From IMG/VR virus record IMGVR_UViG_2711768040_000011, positions 1 to 44,606 of that record: DNA of 44,606 bases, one strand, 5' to 3'. Within the stretch, counting starts at the first letter, position 1, and the number at the start of each line of letters is the position of its first letter. The stretch is from a virus (lineage: Duplodnaviria; Heunggongvirae; Uroviricota; Caudoviricetes). The notes under the pieces were generated by a model. It worked only from the letters and a program-made list of their open reading frames with translations, was not told the origin of the DNA and did no database searches. The position numbers were made by a program, and so were the translations under genes. This document shows, in pieces, positions 17,917 to 27,665 of this stretch.

Positions 17917-18432
17917 TTATTTAAATTTAAGTTCTTTTTCAGCGTCCAAGACAATGGCATCAATAAGTTGCTGGGTCGCAATCGTCATATCATTGTATGC
18001 CACAAAATCTGGGTAACCCTCTTCGTAAACACTATGATCGGAATCAGCGTCCTGCTTGAAGAAATTATTGAGCAAATCCCTTGTATTATTGCTTAGAGAG
18101 ATTGGTGCGAGCACATAAAACCGATGGAGTTGCGCTTTTATTTGATGGAATGTATTCCAATCAACAGACCCTTTCGGCGGCGGCCTACCATACATACCAG
18201 CATTGTATTCAGCCTCGTAAAAATCTGAGGCGTGGGAATAAATTGCTTTGATTTCAAATAATTTATCAATTAATTGATTGTACGCAGCATGTTTCTTCTC
18301 CCACCATTTTTCTTTGTAAAATCGATTCAGAGCGAAAAATGCAGTAAATCCTGCTGCCACAACCCCAGTGGTGATTGGAACAACTAGAGATAAAAAGAAT
18401 GAACCGACTTCTGCCGGAGTTACACTGCTCAT
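17917..18432 (-). CDS. AT-rich membrane-anchored moron protein of unknown function
   Basis: 171-aa ORF, N-terminal TM helix (FFLSLVVPITTGVVAAGFTAFFAL); AT-rich versus flanking head genes; AAGGGTGAG SD and own terminator. Confidence 0.7.
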   Translation of the reverse strand: MSSVTPAEVGSFFLSLVVPITTGVVAAGFTAFFALNRFYKEKWWEKKHAAYNQLIDKLFEIKAIYSHASDFYEAEYNAGMYGRPPPKGSVDWNTFHQIKAQLHRFYVLAPISLSNNTRDLLNNFFKQDADSDHSVYEEGYPDFVAYNDMTIATQQLIDAIVLDAEKELKFK

Positions 18433-18471
18433 TGCTCACCCTTAAGCAACTTTATCATTTACATGATGATA

Positions 18472-19476
18472 TCACTCCGACTCGGATTTCCAAGCTTTCC
18501 TCTCTTTCGCCAGTTTCTCAGCCAGCCCCTCATTGAAGATGCTGCCGTCGTCGTTGAGCAGCACTGGGATCTGGCTGCAGTAGCAGTTGTACCGGTTGCC
18601 GTTCTCGGCGTAGAAGTCCCGAATCTCTTCGGTGGTGTAGACCTTGCCGTGGCGGCTGGCATGCCAGGTTCGCGTCGTTGGTTTTAGCGCTGACAACCAC
18701 AGTAGGCCGGTATTCAGCCCCAGCCGGTCAGCAGCCCAGTCGGTTTCGTTCCATTGTGCCTGCCGCAGTGCGCCGACCTGCTCAGTCTGAGCGATGGTCT
18801 TTGCCTTCGACATCGACACATCGAGGCGCTTGCTGATTACGCTGGCCGTCTCGCGAGGGTTCACCCCGCGCGCGACCGCATCGGTGATGATGTTGGTCAG
18901 GTCGCCGCGGGCTGTATCGCTGATGACCTTCCAGTCACTGAACGTTGTCAGCCTTGCCGCTGCCACCTGATTAAGATGACCGGGACTGCTTAAAAGCTGC
19001 TGCAGCGTCGTCTGACTGGCATACACCTGCGACTGTTGCGAGAGGTTATTGAATGCCTCAAGCGTGCCGCGCTGCGCTTCTGCGACGACGTAATCCATCG
19101 CCCAGAGATTTTGCTCGCCACCATCCAGCAGGTAATCGTCGAGAATGGCCTGCACCGCTTCCAGCAGGTCCGCCAGTTCCTGCGCCGACATGTCGTAGAT
19201 GAACTTGCCGGCGTTTACCTGGTAGAGGCGCATATCCGCGCCGTGGTCATGACAAAGGAAGTGCCAGTTATGGCTGTTAACCTCGCGCTCACGCCCGGTA
19301 AGGCGCTGGTCGAACAGAGATTTCAGCGCTCGCTTGATGCCGATATATCGCTTCTCGATATCCCGGAACATCGCGGTTACCTGCTTTGCCGATAGGGTTG
19401 GGTCAACCTTGCTGCGCGGAACTACCGGTGTCCCGACTTTCGTCTTTTGCTCCGGCGTCATCGGAAAGAGGATCAT
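18472..19476 (-). CDS. head morphogenesis protein (SPP1 gp7 / Mu F-like minor capsid protein)
   Basis: 334-aa ORF immediately downstream of portal gene; start may be an internal Met. Confidence 0.7.
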   Translation of the reverse strand: MILFPMTPEQKTKVGTPVVPRSKVDPTLSAKQVTAMFRDIEKRYIGIKRALKSLFDQRLTGREREVNSHNWHFLCHDHGADMRLYQVNAGKFIYDMSAQELADLLEAVQAILDDYLLDGGEQNLWAMDYVVAEAQRGTLEAFNNLSQQSQVYASQTTLQQLLSSPGHLNQVAAARLTTFSDWKVISDTARGDLTNIITDAVARGVNPRETASVISKRLDVSMSKAKTIAQTEQVGALRQAQWNETDWAADRLGLNTGLLWLSALKPTTRTWHASRHGKVYTTEEIRDFYAENGNRYNCYCSQIPVLLNDDGSIFNEGLAEKLAKERKAWKSESE

Positions 19477-20878
19477 CGGTCGTTACCTTTTTATTTGGAT
19501 CAGGCGGCTTAACATCTTCACGCGGCTCAAGTTCTCCCGCTTCCCTGACCTCGTTCTCATCAACAGCAGGTGTGCCGTAGGCTTGCTGGGTATCCTTCGC
19601 CACCGCAGCCATTTCCTTCATGTTGGCAATCTTCTCTTTCTCGCTTGGAGCGAGTAGATCAGACCAGGTTAACGTGATTTCGCCAGATTTAGGTGGTTCG
19701 ATAACCTCCACAGTCCAAAGCCGTTCTATAACTGCACTTGCCCGGTCAGTCTGGAACCCGTTGCGGCGACCATTACAGCGCTTGGCAAAGTCGTTTTTGT
19801 CCTGATCTGAAGCAAGCCTTCCTGTCTGCTGACCAAACAAGATGGTGAATGGCATCTGGACTGAAGATGAAAACTGGTTAGCTGACACTGTCCACGTTGG
19901 ACTCGGATCGGCAGCGGCAACGGAAAGCACTTTAGCCTCTCCGTCCTGCGTCACCAGGGCCGAATCTGTACCAGAGTTAAGCTTCTGGATAGCAGCGTTA
20001 AGCGCCTCAGCCAGCCCCGAGTAACCAGCCTTCTTGGCATCCTCCATGATTTTGTCAATCTTGGTGTCTTTCGACATGTTAATGCCGAGCTGCCTGCTGG
20101 CGTTTTTCAGGAACCCCTCAGCGCTGCCGCCGGAGGTTTTAGCCATATCCAGCAGGTCGTTATAGCCTGCACGCAAGAACGGGATGCCAGCCTGTGAGGA
20201 TTCATCTTCTGAACCCTCGCAAAAAATAATGATGCGCTCAGGATGAATTTTGATTGAGCGCATAGGACCAACAATACTGCCGTTGTCCCCTACAGGTTGC
20301 TCCTGAAAATAATAAAACTTCGGCATGGCGTAATCAGGGGACTTCTGATCCTGCTCTAATTCGCCAGGCTTTACCTGCGATTCCCATGCAGGAATCATCT
20401 TCACCAGGCCACGCTCGCGCGAATTACGCATTACGTCACGATTAACTGGCTCAGACCATTCACGACTATCGGCAAACTGAAGAATTAGGGCTGAGTAGTG
20501 ACCGACAAGGTTACGTCTATCAGCGTCCTTCACCTTGGCCCAGTATTTCTTCATGAGCTTGGTGACTTTCTTTTCCCATGGCGTCGACTTTTTAGACTTC
20601 TTCGTCTCATCGCCGTCGACGATCACCGGGGTATCAGTCCAGCATGCATCGAGCAACTTATGAACAGCACCGAACGCGGCACCGTTGCGCTCATACATGT
20701 TGTAGAAGTGGTCAAAGTCGAGGCGCTCAGGATAGCCAAATTCACACCACAGATGATGTCGCTTGGTGTTGCCTGATTTATTGAAGCCAGCCGCATAAAG
20801 CTGTCGAGATCGCGATACCTCGTTGAGGCTATTCACAATCAGCCCAGCGAGGACTTGCATTTCTGTATCGTTACTCAC
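19403..20878 (-). CDS. portal protein
   Basis: About 490 aa, directly downstream of large terminase, acidic C-terminus; start GTG 20878 or ATG 20860 (ORF open to 20950). Confidence 0.7.
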   Translation of the reverse strand: MSNDTEMQVLAGLIVNSLNEVSRSRQLYAAGFNKSGNTKRHHLWCEFGYPERLDFDHFYNMYERNGAAFGAVHKLLDACWTDTPVIVDGDETKKSKKSTPWEKKVTKLMKKYWAKVKDADRRNLVGHYSALILQFADSREWSEPVNRDVMRNSRERGLVKMIPAWESQVKPGELEQDQKSPDYAMPKFYYFQEQPVGDNGSIVGPMRSIKIHPERIIIFCEGSEDESSQAGIPFLRAGYNDLLDMAKTSGGSAEGFLKNASRQLGINMSKDTKIDKIMEDAKKAGYSGLAEALNAAIQKLNSGTDSALVTQDGEAKVLSVAAADPSPTWTVSANQFSSSVQMPFTILFGQQTGRLASDQDKNDFAKRCNGRRNGFQTDRASAVIERLWTVEVIEPPKSGEITLTWSDLLAPSEKEKIANMKEMAAVAKDTQQAYGTPAVDENEVREAGELEPREDVKPPDPNKKVTTDDPLSDDAGAKDESRDTGSSAQQG

Positions 20879-20888
20879 TGAGTTGTCC

Positions 20889-22451
20889 TTATGTGAAGAA
20901 TATCGCCCCTGAACGGCGAGGTGAGTGCAGCACGCGGTAACGGGTAGCATCCCAGTCGTGGTCTTCCTGCTGGGTATCTACGTCATCCGGGTTTTTGCTG
21001 TCGCGAACCAGCACGGGTATGCGGCTAATCCAGCCACGGCAATGCTCCAACACGTAAAAAGCAGGCTTCTCAGGAATTCCAGATTCCAGCTTCTTACCCT
21101 CAACCACCGCCTCAAGCATGTCGGCGAATACCGAAGCCCCGTTGACTCGAGAGCCTGGCTTCTTATTGGCCTCAAGCCATTCAACACCCTGATTTTCCAT
21201 TTTCTGACCGATCGATAACTCATCGTCGCCAGTGTTGAAAATGGCGCTATCAGCTGGGCCAGGAATAACCTCCGAGCAAATTCCCGGCACAATGTTGAGT
21301 TGGCCCTGCGTGACCCCGTCGATTTGAATCTCTTCCGGCTCGTCGACGTCTTCGCCCACAAGCCGCTTGTCAATCCACGCCACGCCTTTCGCGACGTTGG
21401 TGGATGACATGTTCAGGCCTTTGTTCAGCTCGTCAGGCGGGCAGCCGTACCATTCTCCGATCAGGATTATCGAACCAGCCGGCGGGCAGAACTGTCGACC
21501 ATCTGGCAGCTCGGCGGCAGTGCCGTCAGCTTGGGCCCACCAGAGGTTAGAGAACGGCTTCGACTCACCCCAGTCATGGGAGCGGTCGACGGTCCAACTA
21601 TCCGGTATGCGGAACGGCTTAATGACGTGCAGCGCTTCATTCCACAGGTGGTCAAATCGTCCGCCACTGGTCACATCCCAGGAGCCCTCTACCCAGGCCT
21701 TGCGTCGGTTAGGGTCTTTGATGGCCATCAGGGTCGCGATGTACTGCGGGTCGAGGTACGGGTTTTCTTTAAACGAGCCGTGGATTGCCACGCGGGTCAG
21801 CGTGATTTCCTCTTCTCGCTCAGTCTGAGGGTTGAATACCATTTGCCGGTCGCGCTGTACGGTTCCGCGCGGCGCTGGCTCAATGAAGCGCTTCTTCACC
21901 CAGGTATGCCCGATGCCAAACGGGTTGGTCGTGCTGAATGTCTCTAGCGGGATTGGCCTCAGTAACTTGCCATTCTCCAGCGGGTAGTTTTCCGGCCTGA
22001 ACGATGAACGTCGGCACGAGAACATCATTTCGTAGAATTCCGGGGACTGCTGTTTAGTCAGCTCGTTAAAGCCGATAAACGGGAATTCCTGCCCGTGGAA
22101 ATCCCAGTAGTCGTCTGCCTCTTTGCCGAAGCGGAAGAGAAGTTCCTCGCTTGTGGGCCATACCCATCGCAATTCGCTCGCAGATGACAGATAGCGCGCA
22201 CCGTCGTTGAATAGGCGAAACATACGCTTCGACTGAGTGATGATGTCGGCAAGGTTCTTATATTCGGTGTCGAAAATGACGCCGCGCCAGAACGAGCCAT
22301 AACCCACGCCGACATTACGCCTGAACCTGGCTAACTGCGCAGCTGTCTTGCCCGGTCCGCGAGTGCCCTCGAACAGGATTTCGTTACACGGGCAGCTCAG
22401 CGCCAGGGACTGAGATCCAGGCAGTGGCTTCCATACAGCTTTGTAATTCAT
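20889..22451 (-). CDS. terminase large subunit
   Basis: 520-aa ORF with Walker A-like FEGTRGPGKT and C-terminal nuclease-type acidic motifs. Confidence 0.9.
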   Translation of the reverse strand: MNYKAVWKPLPGSQSLALSCPCNEILFEGTRGPGKTAAQLARFRRNVGVGYGSFWRGVIFDTEYKNLADIITQSKRMFRLFNDGARYLSSASELRWVWPTSEELLFRFGKEADDYWDFHGQEFPFIGFNELTKQQSPEFYEMMFSCRRSSFRPENYPLENGKLLRPIPLETFSTTNPFGIGHTWVKKRFIEPAPRGTVQRDRQMVFNPQTEREEEITLTRVAIHGSFKENPYLDPQYIATLMAIKDPNRRKAWVEGSWDVTSGGRFDHLWNEALHVIKPFRIPDSWTVDRSHDWGESKPFSNLWWAQADGTAAELPDGRQFCPPAGSIILIGEWYGCPPDELNKGLNMSSTNVAKGVAWIDKRLVGEDVDEPEEIQIDGVTQGQLNIVPGICSEVIPGPADSAIFNTGDDELSIGQKMENQGVEWLEANKKPGSRVNGASVFADMLEAVVEGKKLESGIPEKPAFYVLEHCRGWISRIPVLVRDSKNPDDVDTQQEDHDWDATRYRVLHSPRRSGAIFFT

Positions 22452-23098
22452 CCACCGAGCACCCCGTCCTGATGTTTCTGCGCTGCCGCCTCCCAGTCAT
22501 CCACGTTGTCACTGGTTGGCACCAGCATGACGTTATGGGTGACCTCTTTCGTTTCAGCCTTATTCTCGATGCTGTATGCCTCACGCTCGAGGCCGATCAG
22601 CGTCTTTAGGCTGTCGCTCAGGTCTTTCATGGATTTAACGCGGGAAGGCAGGCTGATCACTTTCTGATAAATTTCATTGAGCCGGTCCCGCCCTTTATCG
22701 TCGGGGTCAAACATGATGTCGCCCAACTGCTCGAGCGCGCTTACATCTGCGCACTGCGCACCAAGTTCATCGAATAGCGTGTTGGTCAGTTCACGAGCCC
22801 GGCGGATGTCTCCCCGGTGCTCCATGCGTACCGTGGCAATTACCTCGGCAGTCGCCTCTATCAGTACGCGCTCGGTCAAAGTGCTTTCGTTGCGTACCTG
22901 TTTGCGTACCTCCTGTTTGCGTACCAGATCATCAGCCTTTTGCTGAATCTTCGCATTGAGGTCACGCGACCAGTCGTCACGCTTGGCACGCTTACGGATA
23001 GCGCCTTCGCTAATACCGTGCTGTGAAGCAATTTCTCGGAGGGACATCACTCCGGCCCGGTACGCCGTCTCGATGGCCTCCCAGTCCGGTTTGCTCAT
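22448..23098 (-). CDS. terminase small subunit
   Basis: 216-aa ORF with N-terminal HTH (MSLREIASQHGISEGAIRKRAKRD), overlapping start of large terminase. Confidence 0.7.
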   Translation of the reverse strand: MSKPDWEAIETAYRAGVMSLREIASQHGISEGAIRKRAKRDDWSRDLNAKIQQKADDLVRKQEVRKQVRNESTLTERVLIEATAEVIATVRMEHRGDIRRARELTNTLFDELGAQCADVSALEQLGDIMFDPDDKGRDRLNEIYQKVISLPSRVKSMKDLSDSLKTLIGLEREAYSIENKAETKEVTHNVMLVPTSDNVDDWEAAAQKHQDGVLGG

Positions 23099-23101
23099 TC
23101 G

Positions 23102-23320
23102 TTACTCCGTTGTTTGTCCTGCTGGCTGTTCGGTCTGCTCTGCCGGTACTGGCGTAAACTGCACGCGCTTCACATCGGCCGGAGCGAAATAAAGCCACTC
23201 GCCCGTCTCTGTCGCCAGCGGCACAAAGCCATTAACCAACTCAGGCTGACGTCGTGACATCTTGCCCGTGAAGGTTTCGCCTGTTTGAGTGGTTAGCGTG
23301 ATTTGGTAGATGTCGGACAT
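23102..23320 (-). CDS. small hypothetical protein
   Basis: 72-aa ORF from ATG 23320 with GAGGG SD, directly upstream of terminase small subunit. Confidence 0.45.
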   Translation of the reverse strand: MSDIYQITLTTQTGETFTGKMSRRQPELVNGFVPLATETGEWLYFAPADVKRVQFTPVPAEQTEQPAGQTTE

Positions 23321-23349
23321 GAAGACCCTCACAAGCCACTGTTGAAGAA

Positions 23350-23375
23350 AATGCCATCAGCATGGTGATGGCATT
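23350..23375 (-). terminator. terminator-like hairpin downstream of AT-rich moron
   Basis: 10-bp inverted repeat aatgccatca/tgatggcatt with 6-nt loop, followed by U-rich tract on minus strand. Confidence 0.4.
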
Positions 23376-23397
23376 ACAATTCAATAATATGGCTGTA

Positions 23398-23979
23398 TTA
23401 TTTTGCAGTTTTGTATTCAATAAACCCGTCAAAAATCAGACTATCGATGGTCATCATTTTCGTAAGTTTTTCCATAACCTCAGGATTTTCTTGCATATCA
23501 ACAAGCCATCTCCTCACGCCATTAGCTATATCATTACATAACTCAATAACATCTAATTGCAGAACACCATTAAAAGCATTCATATGTGCATGAAGGTTTT
23601 CTCGCGCAGGGGTCGTTATCTTAAACTTCCTTAGCTTCGTTTCATCAACGCCTTCATGCAAACATGCATTCCTTAAACTCCAACAGTCTTCTGCAGTGAA
23701 TGAGACTACGGGTTTTTGCGCCCTTAAGCTTTGCTTTATTCCTTCAGGCATGCTCTGAACCATTGCAGGGCTGGTGAGACTTAAATAGTCATACATGTTA
23801 TCAGCGTTATATCTTGGCTTAAGATAGCGATTAAACCAGTCCTTGTACCTCGCGCCATTTCCTTTGATTTTATCCTCTGTCGCGCCACAGATGTCAGGAA
23901 GTGATATTGCTATGAATAAAGCACCAAACCAATTCTTTTTAGACAAGCAATCATCTATTCCACTCAGCAACTGTTGCAT
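23398..23979 (-). CDS. AT-rich moron protein with HEPN-like R-x4-H motif (candidate abortive-infection/defence protein)
   Basis: ORF open to 24060 (GTG); ATG 23979 with AAGGTG SD gives 193 aa; AT-rich; contains SLRNACLHEG (R-x4-H). Confidence 0.6.
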   Translation of the reverse strand: MQQLLSGIDDCLSKKNWFGALFIAISLPDICGATEDKIKGNGARYKDWFNRYLKPRYNADNMYDYLSLTSPAMVQSMPEGIKQSLRAQKPVVSFTAEDCWSLRNACLHEGVDETKLRKFKITTPARENLHAHMNAFNGVLQLDVIELCNDIANGVRRWLVDMQENPEVMEKLTKMMTIDSLIFDGFIEYKTAK

Positions 23980-24047
23980 ATATGAGCACCTTATTTTGTT
24001 GTAGACAGAGCCTACAATACAACCAGATGCAACTATTAAGAAAACCT

Positions 24048-24527
24048 TTACTTCAAGCACTGAGTGCTTAGATATTCCTGAAGATAGCCAACCTGCTTCA
24101 TCACTGTGGCGATTCTTTCTCTGAGGGTGAAATAATCCCGTTCAGCGGAGTCAGTAAGTCGGGGGCCGGAAGCATCGCCCATGCCGCTGGAGCCGGTCGT
24201 TCCGTTCGCGGGACAGTTTGCGTTGAGCTGCAGCCGCTTACGGCCAGCAATGACATCGCTATGCAGACGCTCAATGGTTTCTTTCGCATCAGCTAGTTCT
24301 CCGGTGTATTTGGCATCCAGTGCAGCGACATCACGCTGGCGGGCCTGCATGTCTTTTATGGTGGTGTTAGCCAGGCTGAGTTTCTCAGTGGCTTTATCGC
24401 GCTGGTCTTTATAAGCGATGGCGTTGTCGCGGTAGTGGTTAATCGCCCAGGCCATGGAAACGAGCAGGCAGATAACGACAGCACAGATGATTGCTGTTAA
24501 TCGGCTCATTTCTGGCCCCACTCGCAA
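24048..24527 (-). CDS. Rz: i-spanin Rz
   Basis: 159-aa ORF with N-terminal TM, coiled-coil middle, downstream of endolysin, with Rz1 embedded. Confidence 0.8.
   Translation of the reverse strand: MRVGPEMSRLTAIICAVVICLLVSMAWAINHYRDNAIAYKDQRDKATEKLSLANTTIKDMQARQRDVAALDAKYTGELADAKETIERLHSDVIAGRKRLQLNANCPANGTTGSSGMGDASGPRLTDSAERDYFTLRERIATVMKQVGYLQEYLSTQCLK
24101..24289 (-). CDS. Rz1: o-spanin Rz1 (lipoprotein embedded in Rz in alternate frame)
   Basis: 62-aa [23 protein letters not shown] (lipobox), Pro-rich, entirely inside Rz. Confidence 0.75.
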   Translation of the reverse strand: MRKKPLSVCIAMSLLAVSGCSSTQTVPRTERPAPAAWAMLPAPDLLTPLNGIISPSEKESPQ

Positions 24528-25000
24528 ACTTCGCGCTCAATCTCGCGCCGGGTTATCAGTCCCTTCCACTGCTTGCCACCGGCATACGTCCAGCGTTGCA
24601 GTTCTTTGCATGCCCCCGGCACGTCTCCGGCGTTCAGCTTCTTCAGCAGCGTCGAGCTGGCAAAAGCACCAGAGCCAACGTTATAGGTGAAGGAGTAAAG
24701 CGCGGCGCGGGTTGGCTCAGGAATGCGAACCTTGATCAGCGGGTCGATAGCATTTGCCACCTTTCGCAGATCGGCCTTCAGCATGTTGTCGCACTCTTTG
24801 TCGGTGTATCGGTGACCGCGGCGAATGTCCGCTCCGGTGTGCCCATCGCAAACAGTCCAGACGCCGACCACATCCTGATAGGCGTAATAGCGCCGTCCTT
24901 CCAGCCCATCGGCATTGCCCAGCATTACTGCAGCAATGGTGATGGCTCCGGATCCGCCAACAATGGCACCCACCAGCTTATTCCTCAACGTTGGGTTCAT
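24506..25000 (-). CDS. SAR endolysin (lysozyme, T4/P21 R-like)
   Basis: 164-aa ORF with N-terminal hydrophobic signal-arrest-release segment ([20 protein letters not shown]) followed by lysozyme-like region. Confidence 0.8.
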   Translation of the reverse strand: MNPTLRNKLVGAIVGGSGAITIAAVMLGNADGLEGRRYYAYQDVVGVWTVCDGHTGADIRRGHRYTDKECDNMLKADLRKVANAIDPLIKVRIPEPTRAALYSFTYNVGSGAFASSTLLKKLNAGDVPGACKELQRWTYAGGKQWKGLITRREIEREVCEWGQK

Positions 25001-25202
25001 CTCGGCTCCTGCTGCGGCGGTTGTCTTCGCGGATCTTGAAATAGAGATTCGTCAGATACGTCAGTACGGCAATGATGATACCCACCAGCACGCCGATAGC
25101 GTTCCACTGCTCGGGGCTGTAGGCATTAAGCATGCCGTTTAGGATGCTCCCGGCTGAAGCGCCATAGGCAGCACCAGTGGTTATTTTTTCCATGCGATAC
25201 AT
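24978..25202 (-). CDS. holin (pinholin-type, dual-start motif)
   Basis: 74-aa ORF starting MYRM (dual Met starts), TM segments, charged C-terminus; immediately upstream of SAR endolysin. Confidence 0.75.
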   Translation of the reverse strand: MYRMEKITTGAAYGASAGSILNGMLNAYSPEQWNAIGVLVGIIIAVLTYLTNLYFKIREDNRRSRSRDEPNVEE

Positions 25203-25302
25203 GCTCTCACCTCGCGTAGTTAGCGGGTGCTGTTCGTGTAGTGGGAAAGGCCGTCAAACACGATAGCTACGGGGCATCTGAAAGTGATTGTCTGCGGCCT
25301 GA

Positions 25303-25327
25303 ATAAAAAACCCGGCGACAGGCCGGG
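25303..25327 (-). terminator. rho-independent terminator in late-operon leader (tR'-like)
   Basis: cccggc-cuguc-gccggg hairpin followed by 8 U on minus strand, between tRNA and holin. Confidence 0.6.
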
Positions 25328-25381
25328 AAGATGAGGGTAAGGCAATGTCGGCTCTACGGCCTATCCCAGCTGGCGGGATTC

Positions 25382-25457
25382 TGGTGCTGATTGACGGAGT
25401 TGAACCGCCGACATCCTGCTTACAAGGCAGGCGCTCTACCTACTGAGCTAAATCAGC
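25382..25457 (-). tRNA. tRNA-Thr (anticodon UGU), phage-encoded
   Basis: 76-nt cloverleaf GCTGATT...AATCAGC-A-CCA: 7-bp acceptor stem, U8, GG in D-loop, anticodon loop CTTGTAA, T-loop TTCAACT, encoded CCA. Confidence 0.8.
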
Positions 25458-25549
25458 CAATAAAAAAGCCCCGCACGATGGCGAGGCTGGTTATTCATTC
25501 ATGTCACACACAACAATGGCAACATATACGAATTATTCTGCTCATTTGT

Positions 25550-26050
25550 TCATTGAAAAGCAAGCACGTTGTGAACATTTTTTGCAACTTTGTTCACATT
25601 ATCGCGGCTGATAAAGGCATTTTGCAGCGGTTGATACAGGCAGAACAGTGCCGCGTTAAGTGTTTCCTTCACCTCCCGGCGTATGGTGGATATGCTCGGG
25701 TGCTTATACTGATTCCCGCCACGCGTCTTCATCACTCGAGGTTTGCTCACAGCGTGCTGCCAGCTGGCGATGCGGATCTCACTGGAGTTGCAGACGTAAT
25801 AGGCGAAGACAACACGCCAGGCGTTCTCGTCGATATTTTTCAGGTAATGGCGCAGCACTGCGTCAATCAGCATACCGTCGTCGTCGCTACATACCGGGCG
25901 AGATGCCTGCTGCGGTTCGACGGTCGCCATAAACTTGGCAATCATGTTGATCATCGCCTTGTCTATCTTCCCGGTCTGCGACCATGCACCCCACAACTGG
26001 AGCCACTGATCAATCCACTGATGCTGCTCGTTGGTTAATTCCAGTTTCAT
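25550..26050 (-). CDS. putative late-gene antiterminator Q
   Basis: 166-aa ORF immediately upstream of tRNA/terminator/lysis genes; N-terminal QWIDQWLQLWGAWS block typical of one Q family. Confidence 0.55.
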   Translation of the reverse strand: MKLELTNEQHQWIDQWLQLWGAWSQTGKIDKAMINMIAKFMATVEPQQASRPVCSDDDGMLIDAVLRHYLKNIDENAWRVVFAYYVCNSSEIRIASWQHAVSKPRVMKTRGGNQYKHPSISTIRREVKETLNAALFCLYQPLQNAFISRDNVNKVAKNVHNVLAFQ

Positions 26051-26162
26051 GCGGCCTCCTTCTTTGGCTGGTTGGTTTTGGTCTGGCTGTGCTTTGCTAT
26101 TGGCGGCAGACTGGCGCGCTTAACGCTTTCGGCCTGGTATCTGGCTATCTGGTCACTGGTCA

Positions 26163-26375
26163 TCAAATCGCCCTCGGCCTAGTTACGCACACAGAAATTC
26201 GGTAATGCTCACCTGCATCAAATACGAATCCTTTTGCGTAAGTGGATAGCCCATCAGATACCGTCTTCCTTGCTAGCCTGTCAGCCGCGTGTTGTGCCTG
26301 CCTCTTGCTCATCCTGATAGCGTTAAAATCGGCGTCCGTCAGCGGGCCACCTATGCCGAAAACTGGCTTTATCAT
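26163..26375 (-). CDS. small hypothetical protein (nin region)
   Basis: 70-aa ORF between NinG and Q, start overlaps NinG stop. Confidence 0.4.
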   Translation of the reverse strand: MIKPVFGIGGPLTDADFNAIRMSKRQAQHAADRLARKTVSDGLSTYAKGFVFDAGEHYRISVCVTRPRAI

Positions 26376-27004
26376 GCTGCCTCCTGTTGACGGGCGCGGC
26401 GCTTCTCCAGCGCGCGGGCTTTACGGGTGAAAATGGATTTGATGCGTTGCAGGTATTGGATGTCGAACCGGCGGACGGAGTTATCGTTGTTTATCGCCTC
26501 AACTTTTTCGGCACCGATGCGCTCGATAAGGCCCTGTTCAAATGCCTTTTGCGCGCCGTCCCGATCCCGGTTGCAATAGACACACTGGGCAGCGGTATTG
26601 TGAAGGTTGAAAGCCAGATGCGCGGCAGCGCCACGGGTGCGATAGTGTCCGCAGTCCATGGTTCCGCCAAACTTCTGCTCTGGCAGCCTGCCGCAGCTGA
26701 TGCACGGCTTACCTGCATCCCTCAGACGGACGTACCGGTTGAATGCCGCCTGCGCTTCCGATCTCCACTGCGGTTTCGTTTTTAGCGCCACCTTTCTCGC
26801 TTTCAGATCCCGGCGTTCCGCGCGCTCTTTCTCTTTGCGCTCCTTGATGCGCTTAGCCGCGGCTTTAACCTTCTCCTTTTCGCGCTCCTCCATCGCGAGG
26901 ATTGCGCCGTGCTCCGGACAGCACCAGCGGATCCGGATGTCGTGGAATTTCGGCACGAAGTATTCACCGCATACTTTGCACTTACGGCGGGATGGTTTAC
27001 GCAT
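26372..27004 (-). CDS. ninG: NinG/Rap recombination protein
   Basis: Start [16 protein letters not shown], multiple Cys pairs and Arg/Lys-rich coiled region as in lambda NinG; ORF open to 27082. Confidence 0.75.
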   Translation of the reverse strand: MRKPSRRKCKVCGEYFVPKFHDIRIRWCCPEHGAILAMEEREKEKVKAAAKRIKERKEKERAERRDLKARKVALKTKPQWRSEAQAAFNRYVRLRDAGKPCISCGRLPEQKFGGTMDCGHYRTRGAAAHLAFNLHNTAAQCVYCNRDRDGAQKAFEQGLIERIGAEKVEAINNDNSVRRFDIQYLQRIKSIFTRKARALEKRRARQQEAA

Positions 27005-27665
27005 GGGCACCACCTTGAACCTGTACCAGCGTGAGGTTTCCGCAGAACACGGCACCGGTATCGATGTACATCTGGTTGGCATACTTCAGGGGCTGGCGCG
27101 CTGGGGTGTGTCCGAAGATAAACAGATCAGCACCGGATATCGGCGAGACAATGCCGTCCTGAGCGTCGCTAACCCGCTCACGATTCCAGATGACCATTTC
27201 TTTCGGCACTGGCTTATCAAATTCATATTCGTTGTGCGGGTAGTCAGCGTGACAGATGACTATTTTTCGATCGGAGGTAACCAACTCGATGATGAGTGGT
27301 AACTCAGCCGCTTTGTGAACCAGAGCCTTAGCCAGCACTTCTTTGTCATAGTCGAGATTGAAGAACCAACCGCCACCATTTACCAGCCAGTGATTGACGT
27401 TTCCATACTCCGACAGCCCATCAATCATCATCTGCTCATGGTTTCCTCGCACAGCCCGGAGCCAAGGCATAGTAATCAACTCCAGGCACTCGACGTTTTC
27501 CGCGCCGCGGTCAACAAGGTCTCCAACCGAAATCAGCAAATCACACGCAGGGTCGAACGAAACTTTTTCGAGCTCATTCATCAGCAGCGTGTAGCACCCA
27601 TGCAGATCGCCGACGACGAAAATATTGCGCCATTCAGCGCCATTAATGCGTTGATACATGCTCAT
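26997..27665 (-). CDS. ninI: serine/threonine protein phosphatase (lambda NinI-like metallophosphoesterase)
   Basis: GDLHGC, GDLVDRG, GNHE and HADYP metallophosphatase motifs; near-colinear with lambda NinI; start MSMYQ at 27665. Confidence 0.9.
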   Translation of the reverse strand: MSMYQRINGAEWRNIFVVGDLHGCYTLLMNELEKVSFDPACDLLISVGDLVDRGAENVECLELITMPWLRAVRGNHEQMMIDGLSEYGNVNHWLVNGGGWFFNLDYDKEVLAKALVHKAAELPLIIELVTSDRKIVICHADYPHNEYEFDKPVPKEMVIWNRERVSDAQDGIVSPISGADLFIFGHTPARQPLKYANQMYIDTGAVFCGNLTLVQVQGGAHA

